From contig NC_042997.1 of assembly GCF_006345805.1 (NCBI RefSeq), forward strand, positions 80,600,001-80,664,000: 64,000 nucleotides of DNA, written 5' to 3'. Source of the DNA: Octopus sinensis. Taxonomy: Eukaryota. Position 1 is the first letter of the stretch. Each line of letters begins with the position of its first letter. A program made the translations under genes and the position numbers. Positions 51,740-63,010 of this stretch are shown piece by piece. The notes beneath the pieces are model-generated. The model worked only from the letters and a program-made list of their open reading frames with translations. It searched no databases and was not told the DNA's origin.

Positions 51740-52205
51740 GATGTGGCTAATGTGGTAAGAAGCTTGCTTCCCAACCACATGTTTCCAAGTTCAATCCCAC
51801 TGCGTGGCTCCTTGGGCAAGTGTCTTCTAAAATAACCTCAGGTCAACGAAAGCCTTGAGTGAATTTGGTAGATGGAAACAAAAAGAAGCCTACTGTGTAT
51901 ATATCATTTAATGCCCATTTTCCATGCTGGCATGGATTGGATGGTTTGACAGGAGCTGGCCAGACTAACAATTGTTTTTTGTGATGCATGTGTGTGTGAC
52001 TTTGTATCTGTGTTTGTCCTCCATCACTGCTTGACAAGCGATCTTGATGCATTTACGCCACTGTAATCTAGTGGTTTGGCAAAAGAGATTGATAGAATAA
52101 GTAGCTGTCTTTAAAAAAGGAAAAAGGTACTAGGGTCAATTCATTTGACTAAAAAATTTTCAAAGCAGTGCCTCAGCATGGCCACAGTCTAATGACTGAA
52201 AAGAT
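51740..52205 (+). mobile_element. SINE family B with a reversed RTE tail inserted at ~51905-51965
   Basis: TGTGGTAAGAAGCTTGCTT...AAGTTCAATCCC...CTTGGGCAAGTGTCTTCTA head; CAGCATGGCCACAGTCTAATGACTGAAA tail; internal TTTCCATGCTGGCATGG. Confidence 0.75.
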
Positions 52206-52676
52206 AAAAAATAAAGTAGTGTATAATAATATAACAAATTTTAAGAATGTGGCGGGGGGGGGGGGTGAATTGAAGTTGTACAGAGTTGATCAGAGAAACT
52301 AGCTGTGGGATAAGTATTTATCTTCTGCAGAAGATAGTAGTACTTTAGAAACTCTACCAAAAGATTAGCAGTTCAGATACGATTTCAACATAACAGGAAA
52401 AGATGCTTTTATTTTTTGTATACACACAAGGATACTACTTTTAAGAGGTGGAAGGGAAATGAGCTCATGTGACTGTTCTATTCTGAAGGATATTTGTCAG
52501 GTAAGAAAAGAGAATCTGTAACTAGGAATCAAAACAGTGTTGTTGACTTCACTTGCCTGGAGCCTGTCATTCCACAATGGTAAAATCACAACACAGTATA
52601 AAAGAAATAGACTAAAATATCAATAAAAGTCATATGTAAATTCTACTCAGTATAGATTAAGAATTTAAAATAGAAA

Positions 52677-52736
52677 GATTTAAATGATCAATAAAAGGAG
52701 TTCATTTATGAACTCCTTTTATTGATTATTTAAATC
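52677..52736. repeat. 60-bp near-perfect inverted repeat
   Basis: 29-bp arms, 2-nt TT loop, single G:T mismatch (52686/52727). Confidence 0.9.
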
Positions 52737-55700
52737 ATAAAATGTTGGCAAAAAGGTAGATAAAAGATAAACTTTTTAAGCAGTTATGTATAAATGTTAG
52801 TACTTCTTTATAAATCATTGGTAATAGGTTTCTAAAGTGATGGATATACTCATAGACCAGATTCCAAAGTATTAAGAAACCCATTTCCCAAAGTAGCTGC
52901 CTGAATATAGAAATCAGTAATTATGAGGACAGCACACAAGACTACTAAACAAGATAAATTGGAATATAACCAAATTTACGAAAATGTACAAAATTAAAGG
53001 AAGGCATCTCTGAATTTCAACAGATCTAAAGATAACCTACTTTGAATATTATTATTGTAGTTATAGTGAGAAAGAGTGAAAGAGAAAACAAGAAACAGAA
53101 GAATGGAAAACAAAAGAATAGTGAGTGTATGTTTCTCCTTTACAGACACAATTCCAGAGTAAATAAGTTACAAAGTGTTCTATAAATGATAAATGCCTTT
53201 ACATAAGGAAATAAAAAGTTTAAACTTAAATAAATAAATGGACGATAAAAATATAGATACATTTTTACCCCCAAGAAAGAAGCAATGTTTTAAAATCTAT
53301 ATTTAAAAGGGAAAAAAGAGAGAAAAGCACTGAATAAATGAAACCCAACTAGTTTAGTCTATCTTAAAGTTACCTTTCTGTGCTTCTGTATACAGTATAG
53401 ATCAATAATAAAATAGTCATGAGCAATTGAAAACACTTGCTGTGACTTATTTTCTATAAGATTTTAACAATAGAAATAGCTTTCATTACTCAGTGACATA
53501 ATATAGATAGAACGATCACTCAGAAACACTGCCTGAAGTTATAAAAATCTTGTGTCTAAGAATGATTCAAATGAGGCAAATGCTACAAAAAATTCTATAT
53601 GAAGGGGAAGAATAAGTTACTATTTCAGTTACAAAACTTATCATTCATTATTGCCAGTTGTAAAATGAATAGAAATCCATTAGCTTACTTTTATTGTGAT
53701 ATGAATTCATACTAATATGAGTAGTGTAATAAACTTTTATCTTGTATTGAAACTCTAAATTATTAACATTTCAGATCTAAAGCTTAAGTTTTTCACAATT
53801 GTTCATCTGCAGAAGATGATGGGCAACATTTTCTGTTCTTCTTGGAAGAATAATAGGAATTAACACAGAGTTAACTTTTGCTTTGAACCTTATATAGTAC
53901 ATCACTAAAAGGATGAAATTACTATAAAATACCTGAATGAATATCTTTTTTTTTCTTTCTTTCTTTTCCTTTTTTTCTTAAATATCATTGCTGCCAAAGA
54001 GAGGCTAATGGGTGGATTCAATGCCAACACAATATTAGCCAGGATTTTGTATTCAATGGGAGGCTTAATGCATCCTCTCAGTTCTGCTTAGTACTTCATT
54101 TACACATTATTGGAAAGTAAGTTTTAGCCTACTTAAACAACTTCACAAAAATATAACCTATTTATTTCTTAAGTCATTAGTTCCAGTACTGAATAGCAAA
54201 TTTCTTTATAGGCTGGAGATAGTTTCCTTTTTAAATAAATATAATGTAACATCCACTGTTCATGTAGAAATCAATCAATAAAACAACATGGGAAAAGGGG
54301 GTTAACTACATAAGCTAACAGGAGAAAGAGAAGTGGAGAGATCTGCTAACCTAGCACTACTTAAGTTGAACACTACTGGAATTACATTAACAGATCTCAA
54401 CTCTGAATTAGTAAAGTTCAAAAATCAATTCTTTAAAGACTACAGCTTTTTTATATTAGGCCACATTACCATTTTAATATGTTCTTTCTTTTTCTTCCCC
54501 TCTCTATCTATCAACTACTTCAGTCTATATATATGTAAAGTTGATATAATTCTGTTCAACATAACTACCACTAATTATTCCCAAGTCTGTAATTCTCATG
54601 TTACAGTGTAAATACTTGCTTCTCTGACAGTAGACATTCCCTTATTAAAGTACACTTTTATGGTTTGCTTTCACTGAATTGAAACAAAATGTATTTGCAT
54701 AGCAACAACTATTTTAATTGATTACAATAACAAATGACTACAGCACTAAACTACTACTTTTACAGCAATAATACAGATGACAGTAGTTACAACAAACACA
54801 AAGCAGCATAATCACAGTTCTTGTAATTTTCCCTAACTTTACAATCAAGAAAGTGTATCTGAAATCAATCAAGTCAACTTTATGAAATGGTTTTGGATTG
54901 AGGTTAGCATCTTAATTATTTAAAAAAGGGGGGGGGGGGGGTAAAAAAAAACTGTGGGGAAAAAAAGATGAATTAAAAGGAAATTAATAACTTACCTGGA
55001 AGCAAATTTCATTAACCAATTAGTTGGAATTTATTCCAGGATAAAATCTGAAAAGATTAAATTACATCTATTTTATAATAGAGAAAGCTGCTTATTAATT
55101 AGGTATATAACAGTTACTAAGAGTGCTAAAAGAAAGCAATAATTAAAGGCTTGACCATCTAGAAATTTTTAAAAAATTCATGTCCCTGAAATTTCATATA
55201 ATTTCGATTTCTAAACTTTATTGGATTTTGAACTCCAATTTCTGACAAATTTAAATATTCGTTGCATTCGCTGCAGTGTATTCTATTTTCATTTGCAAAC
55301 CTCTCACTTTCTGTTTCAATGTTTTCATTTCAAGTTTTAATTCACTATTTGGAAAACTTACAGTTTATTCTATTGATGTATACGGAATGTAAAAACACTA
55401 TTTATTGAATGGAAATTTGTTTTGTAAAAAAACTTTAGAAGTGATTTTGTTGTTATGGCTGTTTGGAACACTATAAGCCTTGCAATAATAACTATCTGGA
55501 CCGATTCTGACCATTTTCTTTTTTAACTTAAAAACCATAGGAGGAGCCTTTTTGATAAACAAAAAACAAAAAAAATGTAAATATTTTCAGAGGAAAAAAT
55601 GAACAATTCAAGGGAGGTTTCACTGTTGTTTCTAGCACAACCCAAACCACCCTCCACTTTCACATGTAAAGATGACTCCCACCCCCACCTACCCCATCAT

Positions 55701-56853
55701 TTCAAAGGCTGTGGTTTAAAAAAGATGGGGGGAAATCCCACCACCACCAACAAATTTCCCCCACAAATTTCTTTATAATCATAATCTATGCCATTTGAAA
55801 GGGATTTGTATAAACTTTCATTAAAAGAAAACCATCGTCATGAAAGTTATGAGGAGAAAATGTCGGATTGTGTGAATTTTCCAAAACTCCTCTCACCACT
55901 CCGTCAGAAAAATTCTTTCCCATAAATCCCTTTATACTCTGAAACAACAATATCTTAGCGCAACTTGTAGAAAATTTTGTTTAAAAATATCCATTTTTTG
56001 GATGTTATGAGGCAACAAAGTCAGGGGTGTATACATCTGTAGTAATGCCCTTTTATTTATATGATTTTTTCATTTCATGTTTATTTCATTCATTGTTTGC
56101 AATGTTCTCTCTCACACACACTGCAAAGCTTACAGATGGGTTGCTGAACTGAAACCTCTATGTTGCTTTGAGGGGAAAGTAAAACTTGACAAATGGCTTC
56201 TCCCTCCTGTTGGACTATCGTGAGGTTTGTTTAAAAAAAGAGAGATTATGACTGTGATAAAATAATGAAAGCAATATTTACTTAGTAAGTGAGCACTATT
56301 ATACAAAGAAATAATTAGATGTAAAATATCATAAAAATTATTAGAACTGGGAATCAAATGTGAAAATATTATCAAGTGTCTAGCAGAAAACCGCCTGGAG
56401 GGCAGTCTTTCTGCTAGTATATATAAATATATAAACATACATATATGACTGCGTTTAAAAACAATTACATATACAGACATACACGCACACATCTTATTCA
56501 CATTAAAATATACATGAAGAAAATTCCCATTACATCTATTAACTTCTTAACTTCAGGGTGGCAGTTTATATAATACCAATAACATAGCCTTCACAACTAA
56601 CGCTTCCAACATAATTATATTACCAGATAAACAATTAACTGTTTGTTATTGTGATTTTATAATTACAATAACTTTTTTCCCTTTAAATTCCTCATCTATA
56701 AGAATTATAGTAAAATTTGATCCTTCTTGGAGCTCTTAGTTTACAAATAATTGCAAATAATTACAAATAATTGCATCAATAGGATCCTGTCAAATTGCAG
56801 AATTAACCTTATACAAGATAAAATTCAGAAATTATGGTCAGCTATTAATTTAA

Positions 56854-57052
56854 CCCTTTAGCATTTAAACCAACCATATCTGGGCAAAATATTCTGCCTG
56901 CTTTATATTCAAACTGGCCAGATCCAATGGCACTCTAAAAATAAACAGTCACATTATCAAAATTTCAAAGCAACAAGATAATGCATAATTAATTCAAAAC
57001 AATGTGAATAATTAAGCATTAGATTTGACAGAGAAATCTGTATATTAAAGGG
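56854..57052. mobile_element. piggyBac-like MITE, copy 4
   Basis: TTAA|CCCTTTAGCATT start; TATATTAAAGGG end; collinear with 3558-3770 with an internal deletion. Confidence 0.75.
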
Positions 57053-58479
57053 CTGAAAAAATATCTAAATGATATTATAGTTACTATCTCCTAGGCCTTA
57101 AAAGAACCAATCCTACACAGTTAAATGTAAGTAGAAAGTTAACCCAACAGTAAGAGTCCCATAGTTTAATATACTAAGTATGACCTTGAGCAGGGTGTTT
57201 GATTGGCTACTTGTCATATCTAGCCAGAGCTTAGTGTGGCAGTTCAACAAGATCACTAGAGATTCTAAAGAATTTTTTTTTCTTAAACCCACACAAATAC
57301 AGCTATAAAATATCTAACCTGATACTAGCCATGTAATTTAACATATTATATTCTGTCAGTGGATGAGGAGTGAGATTTTCAAAACATTTATTTGTAATCA
57401 AAATCTCTGAAGACAAAACATCAAATTCTTGAAACTGTTAGTGAAAGGGAAGAAAAAGTCATAAAAACAAAGCACACAACTAGGATAGAGTTCATTATTT
57501 GTGTTTTAGAGTTCTTATTTTAGTAAATAAAGGAAAGACAACTTAGTTTATACATTCTCCTATTACTACTGGTCCCAATTATAATATTCATCATCTTATA
57601 TGTAAAAATGTATGAAAGCAAAAATCAGTATTATGCAACTAGGTCTGTTTAAAGGGATTTTGATACTGAATTTGCATGTATGGCTAAAACAAACTAGGCA
57701 GCACACTAATTCACATAAGCTGTTTGCTGCAAGAACCTTATTAAGTGAACTTCTTAGGCTAATTTATAATGGAATCAGTTCTAAAAGGAATTTTGGGAGG
57801 ATTTTTCACTTTATAATGTCCTTGTTGCTTTGACCTATACCCAAATATTTATAGGAATTACAGTGATTCAATATAAGAAAAACAGCAGTCCCCCCATTCC
57901 CCCAACTTCAAACAATTTTGCTCAGCTAATAACATCTGGATCAAACAGAAATTACATACAATGTTCTTTTATGTTAAGTGAATGCAGATTTTTTTCCTCA
58001 CAATTAAACTGTAAAATATTGAAAAAGATTACAAATATACCACCATTATAATACAGGTCTCTGTTTCCTAATGACATAAACCTAAAAGGATTCAAAGAGC
58101 AAGTTATCTTTCCATCAATGCACATCTATTGAGAACTATGTAAGTATGATTAAATAAAAGTAAAGAATACATTGCAATGAACTTCTTGAGTGACCTCTAC
58201 AAGACCACAGTGGATTTCATTTTGATCAGAGACTTGTATGTATTTCACAAGAAACCCTGCTCTCTTTCATTTCAATTAAGCCAGCTCAAGTTTATTACCA
58301 CTCAAAAAAATTTCCCTGTTAGGAAACATTTCTTTTTTTGTTTTAATGAGATTGCATATGGCTTTTGTTTACAGGTATACATAGAAATACAAGTATTACA
58401 TTGATGTGGTTTAGTACAGTATTAGTTGCTACTTATCTAAACAAGTGCATTGAGAAGTTTTCTAAGGGCCATGTATCCA

Positions 58480-58610
58480 TCAATCTGGGAGCCAGTTGAT
58501 TAGATCAACCCCAGTACACAACTGATACTTAATTTATTGACCCCGAAAAGACAAAAGGCAATGTCAATCTCGGCAGAATTTAAACTCAGAACGTAAAGAC
58601 AGACAGTTGT
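58480..58610 (-). mobile_element. SINE family A (partial)
   Basis: ACTGATACTTAATTTATTGACCCCGAAAAGACAAAAGGC...TCAGAACGTAAAGACAGAC. Confidence 0.75.
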
Positions 58611-58949
58611 AATATACAAACATTTCTCATGGCACCAATACACTGTTTACAGATGCTTTTCACGGGTCCAGCTAGTATATATTATTTTATAAGCTTAAAG
58701 CTTATAGCAGTCTAATAATGGGGCATATAAGCTCTTGACAGAAAAAAGCAGGTTTTCCTGTACATGTAGGACTTGAACCCACACCTCTCTGTTTATGCGA
58801 CTGAGTGTGCTACTGATTATACTAGTGAATCTACCTACTTTTTCGGTCAGATTTTAGAACTATAATTAGTTTGTAGTTGCTTTTGTAAATAAACTTTCAT
58901 GTGCTTTTTTACTGTGAATGGTTTTGTTAAGCAGTGCCAATTTTTTATA

Positions 58950-58954
<5 letters not shown>

Positions 58955-59010
<56 letters not shown>
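58955..59010. repeat. (TA)n(CA)n microsatellite at the RTE 5' junction
   Basis: Direct reading. Confidence 0.95.
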
Positions 59011-62000
59011 TACCTCATTGACGAACGACAGAGACCTTATCTTTGTGGCTGGTGACTTCAATGGTCACGTTGGACAACATGCTGGGGGCTTCCATGGCGT
59101 ACATGGAGGCTATGGCTATGGCTCCCGCAACGAGGAGGGAACCAGGCTGCTGGAGTTCTGCGATGCAAATAATCTTATGATTTGCAACACTAACTTCAGG
59201 AAACCTACCAGCCACCTAGTCACTTACCAATCGGGCCAACATACCAGCCAAATTGACTACATCCTTACAAGGCAAAGGGAGAGATGGCTGCTTATAAATG
59301 CCAAAACCTTCCCAGGTGAAGAATGTACCCCACAACATAGACTGGTAGTTAGTGACTTTAGGATCAGGACTAGGAGGACAACCAGAAGACGACAAATATG
59401 GAGAAGAAGGATCTGGAAGCTTAAAGATCCTGCAAATGGACAGAGATTTAGGGACATATTACTTGAAGCCTCTGACGAAGTAGAAGGGGATAGAGCATCA
59501 CAGGGGGTAGAAGACAGTTGGACGTTTCTAAGGGACAACCTGCTGAGAGCCACTGACCAGATCTGTGGCTGGTGCAAAGTCCCCTCTCGACCTAGAATAA
59601 CGTGGTGGTGGAACAATATTGTAGACAGGGCTATTAGAGAAAAGAGACAGGCTTGGAAGGTCTGGAAAAATGGGGGTAGCAGGGAATTGTATCAGACTGC
59701 CAAAAGAGAAGCTAGGAGACAGGTTTATTTAGCCAGAGGGGAAGCAGATAAGAAAAAATTTGCCAATGTTCTGCGCCGTGAGGATGAAAGACTTGAGGTG
59801 TTTCGTGTTGCAAGACAGTGTGTGAGAGAGAATCGTGATGTGGTAGGAGAGAAGTGTGTTCGCATGGAAGATGGTTCACTTGCGCTAAATGAGGATGTGA
59901 AGAGAGAGGTTTGGAGATGCCACTATGAAAGGTTGCTGAATGAAGAAAATGAATGGGATAAAGAGAGTCTGCCGAATGTTGACCCAACAGAGGGACCAGC
60001 TATCCGAGTTGATAGTTCTGTGGTAGCTAAGGCAATTAGAAGCATGAAGACAGGGAAAGCCCCAGGCCCATCAGGAATCACTGCAGAGATGCTCAAAATG
60101 TCTGGTATTGTCGGCTATAGCCTAGTCACCCATATAGTTAATCAGGTGATACACAAAGGGGTCATACCCAATGACTGGTGTAGCAGTATAATAGTCAACT
60201 GCTACAAAGGTAAAGGTGATGCCCTAGATACAAATAACTACAGAGGTATCAAGCTGTTGGACCAGGTGATGAAGGTTACGGAGAGGGTCATAGCCCAACT
60301 AATTAGAGAGAGAGTTAGTTTAGATGAGATGCAGTTTGGGTTTGTGCCAGGGAAAAGTACTACTGATGCTATATTCCTGGTAAGGCAGCTGCAGGAGAAA
60401 TACCTAGCCAAAGATAAGCCCCTGTACCTGGCTTTTGTTGACATGGAGAAAGCCTTCGACAGGGTCCCCCGATCCCTTATCTGGTGGGCAATGAGAAAAC
60501 TAGGGATAGATGAATGGTTAGTGAGAGCTGTGCGGGCCATGTATAGGGACGCCGCTAGTAGGGTGAGGGTTGGAAATGAGTACAGTGAAGAATTCCGGGT
60601 AGAGGTAGGGGTCCACCAAGGCTCAGTACTCAGCCCCCTCCTATTTATCATAGTCCTCCAGGCAATAACGGAGGAATTCAAGACAGGATGCCCTTGGGAG
60701 CTCCTCTATGCTGATGACCTTGCTCTAATTGCTGAGTCGCTATCAGAACTGGAGGAGAAGTTTCAGTTGTGGAAACAAGGATTAGAATCGAAGGGCCTCA
60801 GAGTCAATCTAGCTAAAACCAAAGTCGTAATCAGTAGGAAGGTAGACAAATCACAAACACCTTCAGGTAGATGGCCCTGCTCGATCTGTAGAAAAGGTGT
60901 AGGTAGAAACTCTATAAGATGCACCAAGTGTAAGCTATGGACACATAAGAGATGCAGCAATGTCAAAGGAAGGCTAACTAGGAAGATGGTTTTTGTATGT
61001 GGCAGATGCTCAGGAACAATAAACACTGAAAATGCTCTGAGACCAACTTCCGTCACTTTCCAGGGAGAAAAACTAGAAATAGTTGATAGTTTCCGTTACC
61101 TAGGTGACCAAGTCAGCAGCGGGGGCGGGTGTGCTGAAAGTGTAACTGCTAGAGTAAGAATAGCTTGGGCAAAGTTCAGAGAGCTCTTACCTCTGCTGGT
61201 GACAAAAGGCCTCTCGCACAGAGTGAAAGGCAGACTGTATGATGCGTGTGTACGAACAGCCATGCTACATGGCAGTGAAACATGGGCCGTGACTGCTGAG
61301 GATATGCGTAAGCTCGCTAGAAATGAAGCCAGTATGCTCCGATGGATGTGTAATGCCGGTACTCACACTCAGCAGAGTGTAAGTACCTTGAGAGAAAAGC
61401 TGGACCTAAGAAGCATCAGTTGTGGTGTGCAAGAGAGACGTTTGCGCTGGTATGGTCATGTGGCGAGAATGGATGAAGATAGTTGTGTGAAAAAGTGCCA
61501 CACCCTAGCGGTTGAGGGAACCTGTGGAAGAGGCAGACCCAGGAAAACCTGGGACGAGGTGGTGAAGCACGACCTTCGAACTTTAGGTCTCACTGAGGAA
61601 ATGACTAGAGACCGAGACCTCTGGAAGTGTGCTGTGCGCGAGAAGACCCGGCAGGACAAGTGAGTCCACAACCCGTGGCCTTCTACATGGGATGGAGCCA
61701 GCCTACGTATGCATACCTTCCCTTCTTGGGACACAAAACTCTACTTGTGAAGACGTGTTGAGGCAAGTGAGGATCAGAATCGAAATCGATCAATGGAAAT
61801 TGCGGATGTGCTACCAGTGCCGGTGGCATGTCGAAACTCTGCTTGTGAAGACCCATTGAGGCAAGTGAGGATCAGAATCGAAATCGATCAATGGAAATTG
61901 CAGATGTGTTACCAGTGCCGGTGGCATGTAAGAGAACTTTCCGTTTCGCGACCGTTGCCAGCACCGCCCCGTTTCGTGTCCGTTGACAGCCTCGCCTGGC

Positions 62001-62260
62001 CCTCGTGCCGGTGGCACATAAAAAGCACCATCCGTTCGTGGCCGTTTGCCAGCTCTGTCTGGCACCAGTGCGGGTGGCACGTAAAAAGCACCCACTACAC
62101 TCACGGAGTGGTTGGCGTTAGGAAGGGCATCCAGCCGTAGAAACACTGCCAGATTTGACTGGGCCTGATGAAGCCTTCTGGCTTCACAGACCCCAGTAGA
62201 ACCGTCCAACCCATGCTAGCATGGAAAACGGACGCTAAATGATGATGATGATGATGATGA
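59011..62260 (+). mobile_element. 5'-truncated RTE-clade LINE, young copy
   Basis: Partial APE endonuclease, complete RT and C-terminus; 3' UTR with duplicated ~100-bp modules; (TGA)n tail at ~62240-62260; closely similar to 39497-42360. Confidence 0.97.
59012..61663 (+). CDS. RTE ORF (partial APE endonuclease, reverse transcriptase with PHD finger), 883 aa uninterrupted, lacks its native start
   Basis: FVAGDFNGHVG, SQIDYIL, PQHRLVVSDF (APE); NYRGIKLL, FVDMEKAFDRV, VHQGSVLSPLLF, LYADDL, FRYLG (RT); stop at 61661-61663. Confidence 0.93.
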   Translation, partial: TSLTNDRDLIFVAGDFNGHVGQHAGGFHGVHGGYGYGSRNEEGTRLLEFCDANNLMICNTNFRKPTSHLVTYQSGQHTSQIDYILTRQRERWLLINAKTFPGEECTPQHRLVVSDFRIRTRRTTRRRQIWRRRIWKLKDPANGQRFRDILLEASDEVEGDRASQGVEDSWTFLRDNLLRATDQICGWCKVPSRPRITWWWNNIVDRAIREKRQAWKVWKNGGSRELYQTAKREARRQVYLARGEADKKKFANVLRREDERLEVFRVARQCVRENRDVVGEKCVRMEDGSLALNEDVKREVWRCHYERLLNEENEWDKESLPNVDPTEGPAIRVDSSVVAKAIRSMKTGKAPGPSGITAEMLKMSGIVGYSLVTHIVNQVIHKGVIPNDWCSSIIVNCYKGKGDALDTNNYRGIKLLDQVMKVTERVIAQLIRERVSLDEMQFGFVPGKSTTDAIFLVRQLQEKYLAKDKPLYLAFVDMEKAFDRVPRSLIWWAMRKLGIDEWLVRAVRAMYRDAASRVRVGNEYSEEFRVEVGVHQGSVLSPLLFIIVLQAITEEFKTGCPWELLYADDLALIAESLSELEEKFQLWKQGLESKGLRVNLAKTKVVISRKVDKSQTPSGRWPCSICRKGVGRNSIRCTKCKLWTHKRCSNVKGRLTRKMVFVCGRCSGTINTENALRPTSVTFQGEKLEIVDSFRYLGDQVSSGGGCAESVTARVRIAWAKFRELLPLLVTKGLSHRVKGRLYDACVRTAMLHGSETWAVTAEDMRKLARNEASMLRWMCNAGTHTQQSVSTLREKLDLRSISCGVQERRLRWYGHVARMDEDSCVKKCHTLAVEGTCGRGRPRKTWDEVVKHDLRTLGLTEEMTRDRDLWKCAVREKTRQDK

Positions 62261-62261
62261 T

Positions 62262-63010
62262 ATAAACGATGGGTGAATTGTCACCACTTTATATTTTTAA
62301 TTTCGTCCATGTGCATTGTTTGTTTTTGATTTTGTCAACTACACAGTATTGTAGGGTGAGTTGGGCACCATCTGTGAGAAAAACAGCACCATGATGCAAT
62401 TCACTCTGCCAGAAATTTGAAAACAACATGCTGTACTGTTTGGCATTTGTGCAGGAAGCTCCAATACGAACAGATAATGAACATACAGAACAACCGTTGG
62501 CTTGCATTGTCCCCAAAACATGTACTGAGAGTGATAAAAATCAAACATCCAGTCAACATCATAGTGTTTAGAGTGATCATTAGTGATGGCGATGTTATGC
62601 CTCCATCTTCCCACACAATCTCAGACTTAACACAGTGGCCTACATCAAGTACCTGGAGGAGGTAGTGCTGCCCTGGGTCAAGAGGGTGGCTGCTGGAAGC
62701 TCCTATGTCTGGTAACAGGACTTTGTACCATGCCACACAAGCAGGTGAACCCAGTCATGGCTGTCAGACAATGTCTACAACCACATCATTCCTAACATCT
62801 GACCACCTAACTCTCCAGACTGCAACCACCTTGATTATTATGTGTGGGGTGCAGTTGAATGAGAGACCAACAAAACTCGTTGTAACACTGAAGATGAACT
62901 GAAGGCAAGGATTGTAAAAGGAGGATGCCACAAGAGTTGCAGAAAATTCCAAAGTTATCTGGGGCCATGGTTGAAGCCAATGGCTATTTTATTGAATAAA
63001 TTTACTCTTT
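62262..63010 (+). mobile_element. Degraded, internally deleted DD37D (maT-type) Tc1/mariner
   Basis: NNRWLALSPKHV...KHPVNIIVFRVIISDGDVMPP; EEVVLPWVKRVAAGSSYVW*QD; PNSPDCNHLDYYVWGAV. TIRs not identified; ends approximate. Confidence 0.75.

Noticed and set aside
52431-54116. Plus-strand exon candidates 52431-52500 and 54000-54116 with GTAAG donors
   Set aside because: Acceptors ambiguous, peptides unrecognised, and no supported chain.
54996-55047. Minus-strand exon-like segment with strong splice sites (TTTTCAG / CAG|GTAAGT)
   Set aside because: Stops in all three frames. It could be a UTR or start exon (ATG AAA TTT GCT TCC), but nothing links it to other exons.
55143-56050. Possible Kolobok-like DNA transposon after TTAA
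   Set aside because: No convincing TIR or right-hand TTAA found.
58760-58830. tRNA-like sequence on the minus strand (GGTTCAAGTCC B box)
   Set aside because: I could not form a complete cloverleaf; more likely a SINE head or tRNA relic. tRNAscan-SE would decide.
58934-59011. N-terminal extension giving the 909-aa ORF
   Set aside because: GTG start running through (TA)n(CA)n (YIYIY...HTHT); LINE homology begins only at ~59011.
62165-62185. CTGATGA followed by a stem (AGCC-TTCT-GGCT), hammerhead-like
   Set aside because: No GAAA after the stem, and the sister RTE has CTGGTGCA at this position.
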